A DNA stretch of 124,000 bases, from the NCBI RefSeq assembly GCF_000400465.1, contig NW_008806285.1, forward strand, positions 144,001 through 268,000, given 5' to 3'. The notes under the pieces were generated by a model, which was given only the letters and a program-made list of their open reading frames with translations, searched no databases and was not told the DNA's origin. A program made the translations under genes and the position numbers. Source of the stretch: Wallemia ichthyophaga EXF-994 (lineage: Eukaryota > Fungi > Basidiomycota). The number at the start of each line of letters is the position of its first letter. The stretch's first letter is position 1. This document shows, one piece after another, positions 1 through 13,434 of this stretch.

Positions 1-845
1 TCGGATGAACCTGATCCCGATGAGTCAGATTCTGAAGAGCCTGAGCCTGATTCAGATTCTGAAGACTCCTCCGACTCTTGTGCTGGCTCTGGTTGCTTTT
101 CTTCTTTCTTTGGCTTGGATGTCTTGGATGCTGGAGCCGTCTCCTTCTTCTCATCCATCTTGCTAGCAGTAGCTTTTGAGGACTTTGGCTCATCCTTTGC
201 AATCTTCTTCTCCTCCTTCGTATCTTGCTTTGGTTTTTTCTCAGCTGGCTTCTTTGGAGCTGGCGTTGTTGAAAATCCTTCGTTCTCTCCTTTTTTGCGC
301 CAGAGTGCCTCCCTACCAGACTTAACGTACTCATCTCTTTGCTGCTCAAACACATCAATTGACTTTTGGTACTTTTTGTTATATTTTTCTTTTTCAGCAG
401 GATCAATTGAGTTCCACTCCTTGCCAACTTGACTCATGAATTGAGGTTGAGTTTGGGATGGATCTTTCTTGAGGCGCATGTCATTTTGGAAGAGGAGGTA
501 AGCTGAAGCAGGTCTCTTTGGAGCTTCTGGGTCCTTTAAAGGCTTCAAACTCTTCTTTGTGAGTTGAAGATCCCTGTCGTTGTCGTAGAAGATTTTCTTG
601 ATTACCCGTAATTGTGAGTCCATAGTTCTGGCTGTATTTGCGAGTGTCTCAAAGAGCGCATTTTCAAGTGGCGTATGCTCAATTGGTGGTTTCTCCTCCT
701 TTGGTGAACCATCAGCAGAGCGCTTGTTTGAGGTTTGCGGTGATTGCTTTTTGTCACTTTCATCTTGCTTAACCTCTTTAACATCCTTCTTGGAGCCCTT
801 TGGAGTTTTTGTAGGCGATTTGGTTGAGTTTGCTGCGACGGCCAT
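1..845 (-). CDS. HMG-box protein with Lys/acidic tail (3' end beyond window start)
   Basis: Spliced translation contains KDPEAPKRPASAYLLFQNDMR...VGKEWNSIDPAEKEKY, a typical HMG box; ATG at 845. Confidence 0.8.
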   Translation of the reverse strand, partial: MAVAANSTKSPTKTPKGSKKDVKEVKQDESDKKQSPQTSNKRSADGSPKEEKPPIEHTPLENALFETLANTARTMDSQLRVIKKIFYDNDRDLQLTKKSLKPLKDPEAPKRPASAYLLFQNDMRLKKDPSQTQPQFMSQVGKEWNSIDPAEKEKYNKKYQKSIDVFEQQRDEYVKSGREALWRKKGENEGFSTTPAPKKPAEKKPKQDTKEEKKIAKDEPKSSKATASKMDEKKETAPASKTSKPKKEEKQPEPAQESEESSESESGSGSSESDSSGSGSS

Positions 846-1439
846 AGTAAAAATTTGATTTCCCTATTAAATTTGTAGATGGAAGTTTGTTTGAAGGGGG
901 GATGCGCGCGCGATTGAAATGTAATAGAACGGGGCGCTTCAAATTTAATAGGGAACCCCCATATTGAATGTGTAAAAATCATGAAGATGAATGATTTTTT
1001 TGAGCTTAATGAGATTTTTGGTGTTTGTGTGTGTGTGTGTGGTACTAGTGCTAGAGAATAGCAAAGCTAGAGAACTTGTTGGGCTGGCTGCAGACGTTGG
1101 TTACATCAACCCAACTAAGACAAGAAGAAATATGGAATTTAAAAGTGAAAAGAGTTTTGTGGCTTTTTATATGCCTCTACCGCTCCTTACCTCGCCTTAC
1201 TTCGCCTTTGCAAGTTAAAGTAGCGAACAATGGATTCAGCGAATGGGTTAAGAAAAGTGCTGATATTAGGTTATAAGATCAAATGAGCAGCTCAAAAGCA
1301 GATCAAGCCTTGAAATAGCAGCCTCAGATTGAGTAGCAAATTCTCGGGGTGTGTATAAAGGTTTTACCCTCTTGGACCTCAACACCCACCAACACTCATC
1401 AACACTCATCACAAGCAGAGAGATTGCAAGGTGCTCAAT

Positions 1440-4040
1440 ATGATGAGCGATGATAAAACTGAGTTTAATCAAATATTAGAAACGAACCCAGAATTCATAA
1501 ATTGGGCAAAGGTTAGTGATGCTTTGTGGCACGTGACCAATGGCTCAGGCGAGTTAAAGAAGGAAGCTATGTATCATCCACCAGATCAATCAGAATCTGT
1601 GTCGAAATACATTGAGAGACGCCTGGTTGAGAGGGGCTGGCCGAATGAGATTGAGCAGATACTTGTTCTAATTAGAGATGAATCTAATGGTCAGTTGATT
1701 TTACTATGGCGTTGTTTGATAAATGAATGTTTTCTTTGTGTATTAGTTCAACCAATCAGCGTACGCCATTTGATTCAAAGAGCAATTTACTGACGAATTC
1801 TACAGCAACAGTAACAGCAACAGTACATGATAATAATGAAAATTCAAGTAATCCGTAAGTACCAATTTCTACTCATAATTGAATGCCTGACTCACATCGC
1901 TTACTCATCAAGTAGCAAATCAAATACACCTAATCACACAGGATTAACAGAGGAACAGGAGGAATATAATATTATTACTGCCAAAGTCTATGACTCTATA
2001 AAGCAATTACCCCACAATCCCGTGCAAATTGCAAACACGATAATTAACTGCATCTTTAACGCAGTCTTTGAAGCTGATTCTAAAATCAGAATTCTGGCTT
2101 TGGAGGCTGCAAATAATGATCAGCTTGATATTCGCACTGAAAGTGAATACATAGATGTCTGGTCCGGCAATAAGAAAGCCATTAAATTATTGTCTGGCTG
2201 GTTTAAAGATGCTTGCTCGACACACAAATCTGATATTGAAGAATGGAAGCCAACTCAGCTCCCTTTATTGTTGGTGAGTTTCTCTTCAAATTCCACTCTA
2301 AACCACCCAACTAACGTGAACCAGTTCCTGACTAAAATTAACTTTGAAACCGAGAAAATTAAACAAGAAGATTTCTTAAGTCTCGTTAAAGTGTTGTGTG
2401 CTTCACCTGACCCAAGTATGCTATCGTCTTTTTGTGAGAAATGTCTTTGACAAGCCACAGATGTTGCAGAAGCAGCCAGGAACTTGGAGCACAAGTGGAC
2501 CCAGCAGGTGTCACCGCCGCTACCACAGGGAAGAAGCTCAAGGTCGAGTTCCAAGCGCTCGATCGAGACAGCCAACGATGGTGGGTGAAGGGTGGATGAA
2601 AATTTTCTCAACTAACTCGAGCCTCGTAGAATCATCCAAGAAGGTGAAAGTGGAAGGAAAGCCACCGGCCACTCTCTTTCCCAGTGCCAAGTCTACAATA
2701 TCGAAGCTGCCGTCCTTCAAAAAGGCACCCAAGGTGCAGGAGATACCAGGAGTACATACGCAAGCGCCAGCGCAAGAAGGGAAGAGTAGTACACGTGCAT
2801 CTCCTCAACAAGCGCCGCCATCTGCAGCAGCCAGCAGAGCGACACCAGTGAACAAACAAAACCCATTCGCCGATTCGCTGGCCATGATGAGTCAAGAGCA
2901 CCAGAAGAAGCGCCCAACATTCAACGACCACCCGGCCAGGCCACCGCCAGGACAGCGGGAACAGCGAGAGCAAGAGAAGCGCGCGGCGGAGTCGGCAGCG
3001 GATAGTGCGAAGAAGGCCAACAGTAAATCCGTACGATGGATGCCTGAGCGTGAGCTAGTCAGTGTGAGGTGGATCGAGAGCCGTGCGGAGCAAGATGACG
3101 TGAGTAGTTTGTGGAATGTGCTATTATCGGGTATGCTGACGCAGCGCAGCACCACGAACACCTCGGCGACGCTAAGCAACTCGAAGTAGACGAGGGAGCT
3201 ATGCTTAAGAAACATATCACGTCTGTCGACGAAGATCAACCAGAGGAGTATGACATTCAGGGACAAGCGGGTAATCAAGCGCAGACGTACGCACAATCAC
3301 AATCACTACCACACCAAACACCCCCTTCTACACCTCAAAAGCGCACCAAAGATATCAGACAGTGGTTCGAGCCGTATATCTGCGAGAGAAATCTGGATGA
3401 CCAGGCAGAATTAACGTCATCCGAGAAAGAAGTACAGGAGCAGAGAGAAGCGACGACGATAATGGCTACATATCTCACAGAAGATCAAATACCATTCACA
3501 CCAGCAGAGCCCAAGAGGGTGCTTGATTCGAGGAATGACGATGGAAAAACAACAGTGATGATAAAGTCAGACACAGCAGATGAAGCTCCGCCAGTAGCTG
3601 GTGGAATTAGTGCACCTTTAAATAGTATACCACCCACACAATTTGGTTCTTCATTCGGCTCAATACCTCCAACGAACAGCATCCAGCCTGAGCAGCAGAT
3701 GATGCTCCATAATATACTAACAGGTAATACGAATGCGGGTGGATTGCCTAATTTCTCCGCTTATGACCTCCCGCCTAAGTCCAAGGCGTTTTATCAGCAT
3801 GGGGAGAGGGAGAGGAAGGGCAGTGGAAGTTATGGAGGTGGCTATGGAGGTGGATATAGCGGCGGCTATGGCGGTGGCTACGGTACCAACTACAGCGCTA
3901 ATCACAGCCCCGACAGCAGTCTCAACATTGGCTCAAATGGCTCAAACAACTACTACCAAAAACCAAAATACGAATGTAAATTCTACAGACAGGGAAACTG
4001 TACCAAGGGGAGTAGGTGTACGTTCAAGCATTCAGCATAG
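1440..4040 (+). CDS. PNUTS/PPP1R10 (Ppn1)-like PP1 regulatory subunit
   Basis: Multi-exon; KSVRW PP1-docking (RVxF-type) motif, GGY repeats, C-terminal CCCH finger CKFYRQGNCTKGSRCTFKH. Confidence 0.65.
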
Positions 4041-4119
4041 CATTTTCACTCTTTTTTGTAACACCTTGTGTATTTTTACAGTTATTATCCTATTAGGGAT
4101 GAAAATTGATATAAAGACC

Positions 4120-6265
4120 CTACTTAGACGCCAGCTTGCTGCCGATAAAGGCGACGAGGACGGCTGAGCCAGCAAAGGCGATGGCGGCGGGGAGGAGAAG
4201 GTCTCTGGGTATTCCAAGTACATCAGCGTCTGTGTGACCCTTTGAAGAAGCGGGTGATTTGTTTGTGTGCTCCTCTACAGGCACGCTCGTATGAGCCTCG
4301 TGAGGAAGCTTTTCCTCCACCTCCCTCTCACCATTCTTCTCAATCTCCTCGACGTCCCTGACGCACTGTGACTGGTGGATGTTCTCGTCCCTCACGACCA
4401 CCGCCGGCGTCTCGTCCGTTGGCTTGACTACCTCGACCGCCTCCCAACCCCTGCCACCGTTGACAATGAGGAGGACGCGCGACTGGCGTTTCTTTTGCGC
4501 GACAACGACGGCGTCTTTAACATCGGAATCAGCGTCGAGCACGACGTGATCGCCGTCATCATCCTCGTAGAGCAGGGCGAAGTCGTACGGATCGGGCATG
4601 TCGAGGTCGTGTACAGGTGTTGATTCCACGTGTTGCGAGAAAAACGGATCAGTGGATAGCTTGGAAGGGGGTTTTGTGTCAGTGTGAAATGTTTTTCCGT
4701 AATCCTCCACTCACCTTGCCTGCTACTATATCGCGCAGATGCTCCAGCGATAGTGTAGGCGACTCGAAGCGATGGATGCGCTGGGATGGGCTGACGAACT
4801 TGAACACTGCGACTTGAGCATGTTCATCGGTGGCTTGAGCGTTGCTACCCGTAACAGCCTCTGACTCCATAAGGGACGTATTGAGTCCGACCTGGGATGT
4901 CTCCTCATGGTCGACGACCGACGCTGAGTCGTTAGGGTGGAGTTCGCTATCATTGCGCCCGTTGGGTGAACCCACATCGCGGGAGCCAGAAACAGCTGAC
5001 TCTGCATCATCGGGAGCTGCGGCGAGCGTGCCGAAAAACTTGCCCCACATAGGACCACCCTCCTCTTGCTCCGCGCCGCCATCCTCTGCCGACATGGCGT
5101 TGATCTGCTCAAGAATTGCGTAGGTGAGTTTGAGGACGTCGACAATAGCCACCAGTCTGCCCTCGTCGACGACAGGCATATTGAGATAGTGGCCTGCGTA
5201 CATCTTGCGCAGAGCCTCTTGAATTGTCATGCTAGGTGGAGCTCTGTCGGGATGAGGAGTCATGACGCGCACGACGCTGCAGCGATCAGGCTGCAAACCC
5301 GCAGCAATCACCCTAAGCACGACGTCTTTCGAGGTGAATATACCAGCTATTTTGGCCTGCTCGCCTCCAACACCCGTGTCCATTACGCAGACGGCCGTCG
5401 TGCGGTGCTGCTTCATGATGCGCGCCGCCTCGCGCACGCTCGTACGCACGGAAACGGTGGCAGGGTGGGTGCGAGCGTCGAGCACAGAGTGCAGCTCAGG
5501 AAGGGCCATACGGTCGCGCAAGGCGTCTACGTAGTTCATCATAGCGGACGCCTGGCGCGTGTGCGTGTTGCCCCCGAGCTCGTTCTGCACGCCTTCCAGC
5601 GCCGTGTATAGCTTCTGCGACGCGCCGTAACCTCGCTCGATCTTGTCGAGGGCCTCGTTGAACACACGCGTAATGTCGAGCAGCCCCACTACATCCCCGT
5701 CATCGTTGCATACGGGTAGGTGACGGAAGGCGCGCGACACCATCAACTGGAGAGCATCAGTGGCGCTGGAGGAGTCACGCGTGACGAGCGGGTTGGGCGT
5801 CATGATTTGCGAGACGGGTGTGTGGCGCGTGTCCATGTTCTCGGCTACCACCCTGAATGCTAGATCCTTGGCGGTGAAGATGCCGCAAAGCGACTCGTCA
5901 TCGTCTACGACTAGGACACAGTCGGTACGCTTGGCAGCACAGAGCTGGGAGGCGTCGGCGACTGAGATGGAGTCGGGGACAGTGAGAGCAGGGGAAGGCT
6001 TGAGGGCGGCGACAGAGCCTGGCTGCTTCTGGTTGCGCTTGGGCTGTCTACTGGAATGCTTTCTGTTGGAGTGGGTGGACTGGGTGGAGCCAGGGCGCTT
6101 CTTGCCCAACTCAGTCTCGATCTTGCGCCTGAGAGCCTCGTCTTTCTGCGTGTTGCGCTTTCTGCGGTTGTCTGGAAGTGGAGATGGGGAATCAGACATG
6201 GCTGGAGATGGTGAGAGTGGTCTGGAGGAGAGGGATGAAGGGTTGCGCTGGGGGATGCGTGACAT
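4120..6265 (-). CDS. CBS-domain/PB1 protein with C-terminal membrane anchor (S. pombe Mug70-like)
   Basis: Four CBS repeats (GIFTAKDLAFRVVA, RHLPV, YLNMPVVD), PB1-like FKFVSPSQRIHRF, hydrophobic C-terminus. Confidence 0.85.
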
Positions 6266-6368
6266 GTTAAAATTTAGATGATGGTGGTTTGAACGGAGGA
6301 ATATCACTGGCCATCTCGAGCATCTCCCAGCACACACGACTCTCACCGCGACGACGACGACGACGACG

Positions 6369-6881
6369 ATGCTCGGATTGAAATCGACGATGAATGTGGG
6401 GCGTGCGTGCTAGAATATAAACAGGGCTAACGACACACACAAGATAATAGACAACTCAGGCGCTCTGGTTGCAGAAGTCATCAACGTCCTCAAAGTCAAG
6501 TCTGGCAGTGGCATTGGCAGCGTCGGGGATGAGTGCGTGGTGGTCATCCAATCAGCCAAACCGATCCCCGCGAATCTCAACATATCTGCAAATTCACCTG
6601 CAGCAGCCAACAAGATCAGGAAGGGCGATATACGCAGAGCTGTGATTGTACGCACAAAGCAGCAGATTAGAAGACCAGATGGCCGCTTTGTCAGGTTCGA
6701 CGACAACGCAGGTGTTCTCATAAACCCTAAGAAGGAGCTTCTCGGCTCTAGGATCTCAGGCGTAATTGCTAACGAGGTGAGGCAGAAGGGCTGGGGGAAG
6801 ATTGCGTCTGTTGCGCCCAAGGTGAGTGTGGTGTAGATTACATGATGATTAGACTAACACTCGGAACCACAGCTACTCTAG
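6369..6881 (+). CDS. MRPL38: Mitochondrial ribosomal protein uL14m
   Basis: NIIDNSGA after splicing; [19 protein letters not shown]. Confidence 0.92.
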
Positions 6882-6918
6882 TAAGGCATTGCAATATGTA
6901 TTTATAGATAATCATTCA

Positions 6919-8335
6919 TTATTCCTCATATCTGGCCACTCGATACACACGCATAGTCTCTTTGGCTCCTTTTGAGTGTTTGTTAACCAGTCCATCGAAA
7001 GCCCGCGTTGAATCCTTGATGCGCTTACCCGTCGCGCTGATACTCCACTCCGTCAGTATCCCCCGTCCACCAGGATGTGAGTCAGCGTAAGGCGTAGCGT
7101 CAACGATGAATCCATCGATCAGCAGCAGTAGCTGTTTTCCACCTTGTCCAGCATGTTCTCCGCTAGCCCTCGCCCTTTCTCTCACCTCACCAGCACCCCA
7201 CACGGGCAACTCGCTCTCGCTTCTCGCAACATTCTCCTTAGGTATCCTCTCATGCAGCCTGCTCGCCTCGAGCGACAGCATACCCGCCTTAGCTTTGAGG
7301 TAGTCTGTGTCAGTGATGCGATGCAGATACGGGATCTGGTTGGTGAGTGCGTGGAGCAAGTGCAGCACCCAAGCGCTCGGATCCCAATCGCCACGCGCCG
7401 GTCCGTTCCTATAATCGTGCGGGAATGCGTGGTGGAAATTGTGGTTGCCCTCGCCCGACGTGCACAGCGCGATGAAAAGCGTCCCCCGACTGCTATTTTC
7501 CTCGCTATAGGGCTGATCGCCGATGTAGTGCGCGAGCGAGTTGATCATCTGGAGTGCGAGTGTGAGTGTGAGTATGAGTATCGTGGCTACTATCTACTCA
7601 CAAAAGTGCAGTGCCAAATAAGCAGTCGTGCGACCAGACCACCCCACACGAATCCGCCGAGCGCATCGCCCCACTGCCGAGCCGCCACGGCGGGCAGGAG
7701 GAGACCGGCGGTGAGAGCGATGGGTATGTAATGGCGATGCTGGAATCGGACTACGGGATCGCTCTCCAAGTCACCCTTGTCGATCATCTTCATACGCGGA
7801 TACGCGCGTTTGTAGTAAATCCACCCGCAGTGACTCCAGAACAACCCCAGCTGCGCAGAGTACGGATCGTGGACGGGATCGTCGGTGAAGCGGTGGTGTA
7901 GCCGATGACGCACCACCCACCTTATGTAATGTAATTAGAAGGCGCGTTGGTTTATACACAGCGCACAGCTTACTCACCACTTTATACTCCCTTGGAAACC
8001 AAGTGAGCCCATGAAAGCCAGCGCTGTCCGTAGCGGTAGACGCGCTGTATACGCCTTGTGACTCCATAACCGGTGGTAACCCAGTGTGATGCTGGGGATA
8101 GCGTGAGTGAGATATTTGACACCACTAATACACCCCAACCCACCCAAACGAAGCCAGCTGCCAGGATGCTACACACAGCGCAAGCGTGTAAGTGTGCAGA
8201 TCGCGCCAGGGTGATAGAACCACTGCGCCATACACAGCAGCCACGTGCATCCCCGTAAAGAATATGGCGTTCGACCTGCGATATGGTTATTCATCTGTTG
8301 CCACTATCACAGACCAACTGACCACCATATTTCAT
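6919..8335 (-). CDS. OLE1: Delta-9 acyl-CoA desaturase with C-terminal cytochrome b5 domain
   Basis: His boxes HRLWSH, HRLHH, HNFHH; b5-like HPGG motif. Confidence 0.9.
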
Positions 8336-9269
8336 CTTTGGGGACTCTTTGGGGTGTTGTGGCTGTTGATGACATTTGCCTTGCTTTATTTTGCTGCTTG
8401 TTCTCTTTGCCGTCCCTCTGAGTGAGATTACTGCCGTGGCCGTGTTTTTTCAAGTGGGCTGGTTATCTGATGCGCGATGAGGAGATGGTTATGGATTTAA
8501 CCGGTGGATATGTGCCGTGAGTTATCTTAGCCGTCTCAGCATACAACCAACACTAATGCGCTCTCATGCATCTCACTGCCGCCCACGATTCGAGACACTC
8601 GGTCGCTATTGACGTCGTTTGGGTGGCCGATAACGGAGTGTATATCGGAGTAGTACATACGCATGTCATATAGTTATATTTTAAAATGACACAGGCCATC
8701 GATTAGGTTCGACTGCACTTGGCCGACAGCTGGCGTGAAGCGGGGGAGCAGGAGTAGTGGGCAGTGAGTCTGTTGGCGTAATTGTTATTTTAGCTGTAGC
8801 TGTGTGTAGCGCACCTGTATCGCACCTATTCCATATATATCCAAACGCACAGTGCCTGCGTCATGTAACTTGCCAGGGCTCGTGCGAGATACGGCGGAGA
8901 AGGGGAGCGTAAATGGGGGCGTGACCAGTGAGCTACCAAAGCGAATCACAACTCCTAAACCACCCGAAGTAAAACCAATCCGGCGAAACACAATCTGGAT
9001 GAAATTGCAACCGAGACTGTATGATGTGTTTGTTTTACAAGTACATGAGGTGGAAGCAATTACTGGGTTGTATTAATGTCGTATATGCTATATGGCAGCT
9101 AGCAGCACTTGCCCACACGGCCACTGGGCATTACTAGGCCAATTGGTACACGCTCAGTTGGCCGACGGCGAAGACATTTGCGTGCCATGGTGGAGACATA
9201 GCTATCTTGTAGACATCCAACACACTGGGTGATCACACCGTTCACAACACTAATTATACTGATATCACA

Positions 9270-10826
9270 ATGTCCACTACTACACAACCCAGTCTACTGT
9301 CTGTGCACCTTCGCAGGGCGGGTGTGGGTACAAACAATAGGCCGGATAGAGACAGCAAGGCAGTCCAAGACAAGGTCGATGCAAGCAACGCAGATACAGC
9401 GTTTATATCACTCCCAGCTGTTTTTGAGGACGAACCAGAGTTTCCAGCGCAGGCTGACGGAGAGCACAGGGATTATACTCCACTCAGCTCACCTCCTACC
9501 ACGCCGCATCTCAGTTTCATTATTTCAAAGCCACGCTCTGCACCCAGCGATCAGTCTGGTAGGCTGGCCAGCCAACAGTCATCCACCACACCGCCGGAAC
9601 ATATTCATCATAGTAAACCACCCACTGTCTGGTGTCACAGACTCAACAGCCAGAAGGACCACGCAAGCGACCATCACCCCAAGTCTGAGTCTAATAAGTT
9701 GTACAATCTGTTGAGATCCTTCTCAGTATCGTCTATGCCAGCGCTGTCGACGTCAGCGACGACAGCCAACACAGCCACCACGCTGATAGAGCCATCGACG
9801 CCACCATGTGCGCAGACTTGGCAGAGGAGGAAGGTAAGTGATGTTTGAGTTTAATGCGATGACGTCAAATTAACACACACGCAGTCATCAAACAGCTCCC
9901 TGCCCTCCCTGCCCTCACTGTCCTCCTTCTCAACAACAACTGCGCCGCCCACGGCCACGCCCAAAGCGGCCCAGTCCACGCTCGTTGACACGACGAGCGC
10001 CACCGCGCAGATGATCAAGTACGATGCGCAAGTCGAGCGAAAGCGGATGAGTTTGAGTGACGACGCGGAGGAGATGCGCCGGAGAAACACGCTATGGCGA
10101 CGCATAGGCGGATACGTGGTAGACACGCATAGTCAAACGCACACGGACAGCGCCGCACTCCTCAACAGTCAGATACGGCAAGAGGAACGTTTTCCCGATA
10201 GCCTGACGGAGCGACTGCGTAACGTCAAGGCACGCTGGTCACTCTCTATCTCGGAAGCACGCTCCGAGGGTCGCGCGCAGGCCGTTGCGCTGCTCAGAGA
10301 TGCTCGCATTCTCTACCGCGAAATGAAGATTGAGGGTAGTGGTGGGGTGCTGGACGGTGATGTATTTCACTCTTACTCTCCCTCACCCTCTCAATCTACA
10401 GCTACTAAATCTCCCCGCTGCGATCACTGCTGCGCCCTCCATAGCGGAGGTCCTTACGAATGCGACCTTAATCGTCAGATCCGCGCTGGGCGCGCACACG
10501 AACGCGAGAAGAGACGCATTAAGTCGTGGATCGAATTGCACCTCACCGCTCTTAAACTCAACGTTGGCAACTGGGATAAGATCAATTGCCCTCATCCTCT
10601 CTCCCACATCAAGAAATTCGAATACGGCGCTGACCTCTGCACATCCTCGGGTCTCTCTTCCAAGTCATGGCTAGAAATACAGGGCGACACGGACAGAGAG
10701 AGGAACGAAGCCCTGTTAGAGTCGCGCGAATTCGACTTTTGCCTCGAGTATCTTGCCCATTTCCACAGACACCAGATGAAAAAGAAGAAAAACACGTCTA
10801 GCTATAGACCACGTTCTTCTATTTAG
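9270..10826 (+). CDS. Hypothetical protein (2 exons)
   Basis: Long ORFs 9270-9848 and 10011-10826 with an intervening gtaagt...cag intron; no family recognised. Confidence 0.55.
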
Positions 10827-11093
10827 CACTTTTTAACTATTTATTTTTACTCAATCACTCTTTCTCTCTCTCCAGCTGCTCAATCTACATTACGATCTTC
10901 ACGACCACCGAAAGCCATCTAATTCAGCCCGATTGGCTCTCGCTGCTTGTTCTACTAAACATGTTCTCTACTAATTATGCGTGTAATCTGCTATTTATTA
11001 TCTTCATGATTTATGCTTACAATGATGCTATATATGCCGCTGGTATACTGTGCTTAGACTACTTACTCACCCATACCCCACCACATCAACTCC

Positions 11094-13338
11094 TCAAGTG
11101 AAAGAATAGATACGTATATCGCGGTCATCTCCCGCGGTGACGATCTTATCTCCGCTGAGCTGCACAGCGGTGACAGCGCCCGCGTGGCCGACCAACGTTG
11201 CCAAGCATCTCCCAGTATCTGTATCCCACACCTTGACAGTACGATCGTGAGACGTGGAGACGATACGCAATCGATCAGCGTCGATGGACCAGATCCCTTT
11301 GATGAGTGTGAGTGAAAGTATAAGAAAGCGCCTTAGAATATCCCCACGCACCCTCTATATGACCGAATAGCGTGCGTGCACACCGCCCAGTATTCACATC
11401 CCATACTTTGACCGTGTTATCGAGTGCGCCGCTTACCAGCATCGGCACTGTTTCGTGAGATGCAGAAGTATCGCCGAGTATCTTGTCTACACTGCTCTGG
11501 CTCGACTCGACGAGGTTGTTGGTATTGTGAGAAGCAGACGGACCTTGTGCACCGCGATTAATATTCCCACCACTACCACCAACACCATTACTACTGTCGA
11601 GCACGCGCTGCAGTTTCGGCGCTCCACCTTCCTCATGCTCCGTCTGCGCCACCTCGAGCGTCTTGGAATCAACAAGTATCATCTTGATGTCTTGTACCTG
11701 CCCAACATGGCTGTCGAAGCTTCTGATGCACTCGCGGCTGCCAAGGCTCCACATTTTGATGGATCCGTCATCCGATGCGCTGAAGAGGATTTTCTGCGCC
11801 TCGCGGAGCTGTTCCGAGCCTGAAATTGAGCTGGAACTGGACACCATCCCATCCCAGATCTGCACGCTATTAACCCAATCGCGGTGCCCGCGCAGTGTGA
11901 AGCACTCAGCAGTCTTGAATCGCCAAACTTTCACAGTAGCATCCGCGGACCCCGAAGCAAGAACAGTTTTATCGAAATCGAGACAAACTACTCCCTCTCT
12001 ATGACCTTCTAAAGTACGTATACACTCTCCATTCCTCCAATTCCATATTTTGAGCGTCCTGTCCATACTCCCCGTTATCAACTTAGCTTCGTCGAATTTG
12101 AGTGTGCGTATACCGCGCGTATGTCCGCGCAGCACGCCTACCTGTGCACCTGTATCGAGATTCCACACGCGCGCTGTGCGGTCGTATGAGCCTGTGATAA
12201 GTGTCGGGGCGGGGTGAGCATGTTCGTCAAACTGCAGACACATCACTCCCTCAGTGTGACCGGAAAGTGTTTGCACCGTGTGTGTGCCCCGACGCCAATT
12301 GCGCTCAATCAGTAGTCGCTCCGTGTAAACCGCTTTCCAAGGTCGCGTCAGTGGCTTGCATGTGCCACCGACCCCGCTGCTGCTGCTCGGACTAACTGTC
12401 ATATTCGACGCTTTCTGCCGGATGGTATTCATCGGCGATGCTGAGCGCGATGGTGAGAGTGTGGGTGAGATTGAAGTGGAGTGCGTCGGCGATGTACGCG
12501 CTGATCTGTGTCGCTTTACGGGTCGGTCATCGACGTCCATGGTGTTGATTGTGTCTATTGTGTCAAATGGGTTTGGGGTGGCTGATGTGGCTGATGCACC
12601 CGGTGCACCCCCTGTACCATCATGCATCGCCAAATGGGCCGTGTGGCTCGCTAGTAAAGCTCTCTTGGCACTACCCACCTTGGTACTTGGCTCCTTCTGC
12701 AATTTGCGTCTCTTCTCGAGGAGAGGTAACCCCCAACCGCACTTCTCGCACTTGCGCTCGATATGCTGCTCACACATGTTACGCCAGAGGAGATCGTCAT
12801 CTGCGAGGTTCTTCCAGCTGCGACTGACTTGTGCAGCTCTAGCGAGGGAAATAGCGTCTAGATAGCCCATAATTTTGAGATTGAGTTCTCGTGGAAGGAG
12901 CATGAAAGGGTCAATTCTAATAAGATTGCCTAGCTCCTCGTAGAGATAGCTGAGTTGAGAGAAACAGCATGTTTGGAGGATACCTTTGAGGATGAGCACG
13001 CGGAGAGGACTGCTGGCTGCAGAAAACGAGGACCATATGGAAGTGACGGCTGAGCGCTGGTTTAGGGGTAGCTCATCGAGTGCTTGCTGTAGCTCAGCCG
13101 ATGCGCCCTCATCAGCCATATTCTTGTGGCGCAAACAGAGAGTCCTGCTGTCCTCCTCGCCAACAACGTTATCCTCTTCAGATCTCAGCCTGCCTTTGCC
13201 CTTATCCTGGGTATAAGAGTGGGAGTATTCGCTGTAGTCGTCATCGCACGCTTTCCTAGAAGACGAGAGAGATCTGGAGAGATCAGAGTGGGAGATGGCA
13301 ATATCAGAATTTGATTTCTTAATTTCTTCAGTGCCCAT
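11094..13338 (-). CDS. MET30: F-box/WD40 sulfur regulator (Met30/SCON-2/SconB)
   Basis: F-box LLPRELNLKIMGYLD, ADDDLLWRNMCEQHIERKCEKCGWGLPLL, multiple WD40 repeats. Confidence 0.9.
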
Positions 13339-13434
13339 TAAACGGGTTTTGAGAGATGATGACTGTGAGGAACAGAGATGCGTGATGCGAGTGGCGCAAC
13401 AGACGAGATAAGCCCAAGAAAATATTCATTTATT

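Noticed and set aside
1021-7590. Short GT, CGA and GAGTGT microsatellites (about 1025, 6350, 7555)
   Set aside because: Ordinary simple repeats with no further structure.
8701-8725. ggttcgact resembling a tRNA T-loop
   Set aside because: No T-stem, acceptor stem or D-arm; no tRNA gene was found by eye in the window.
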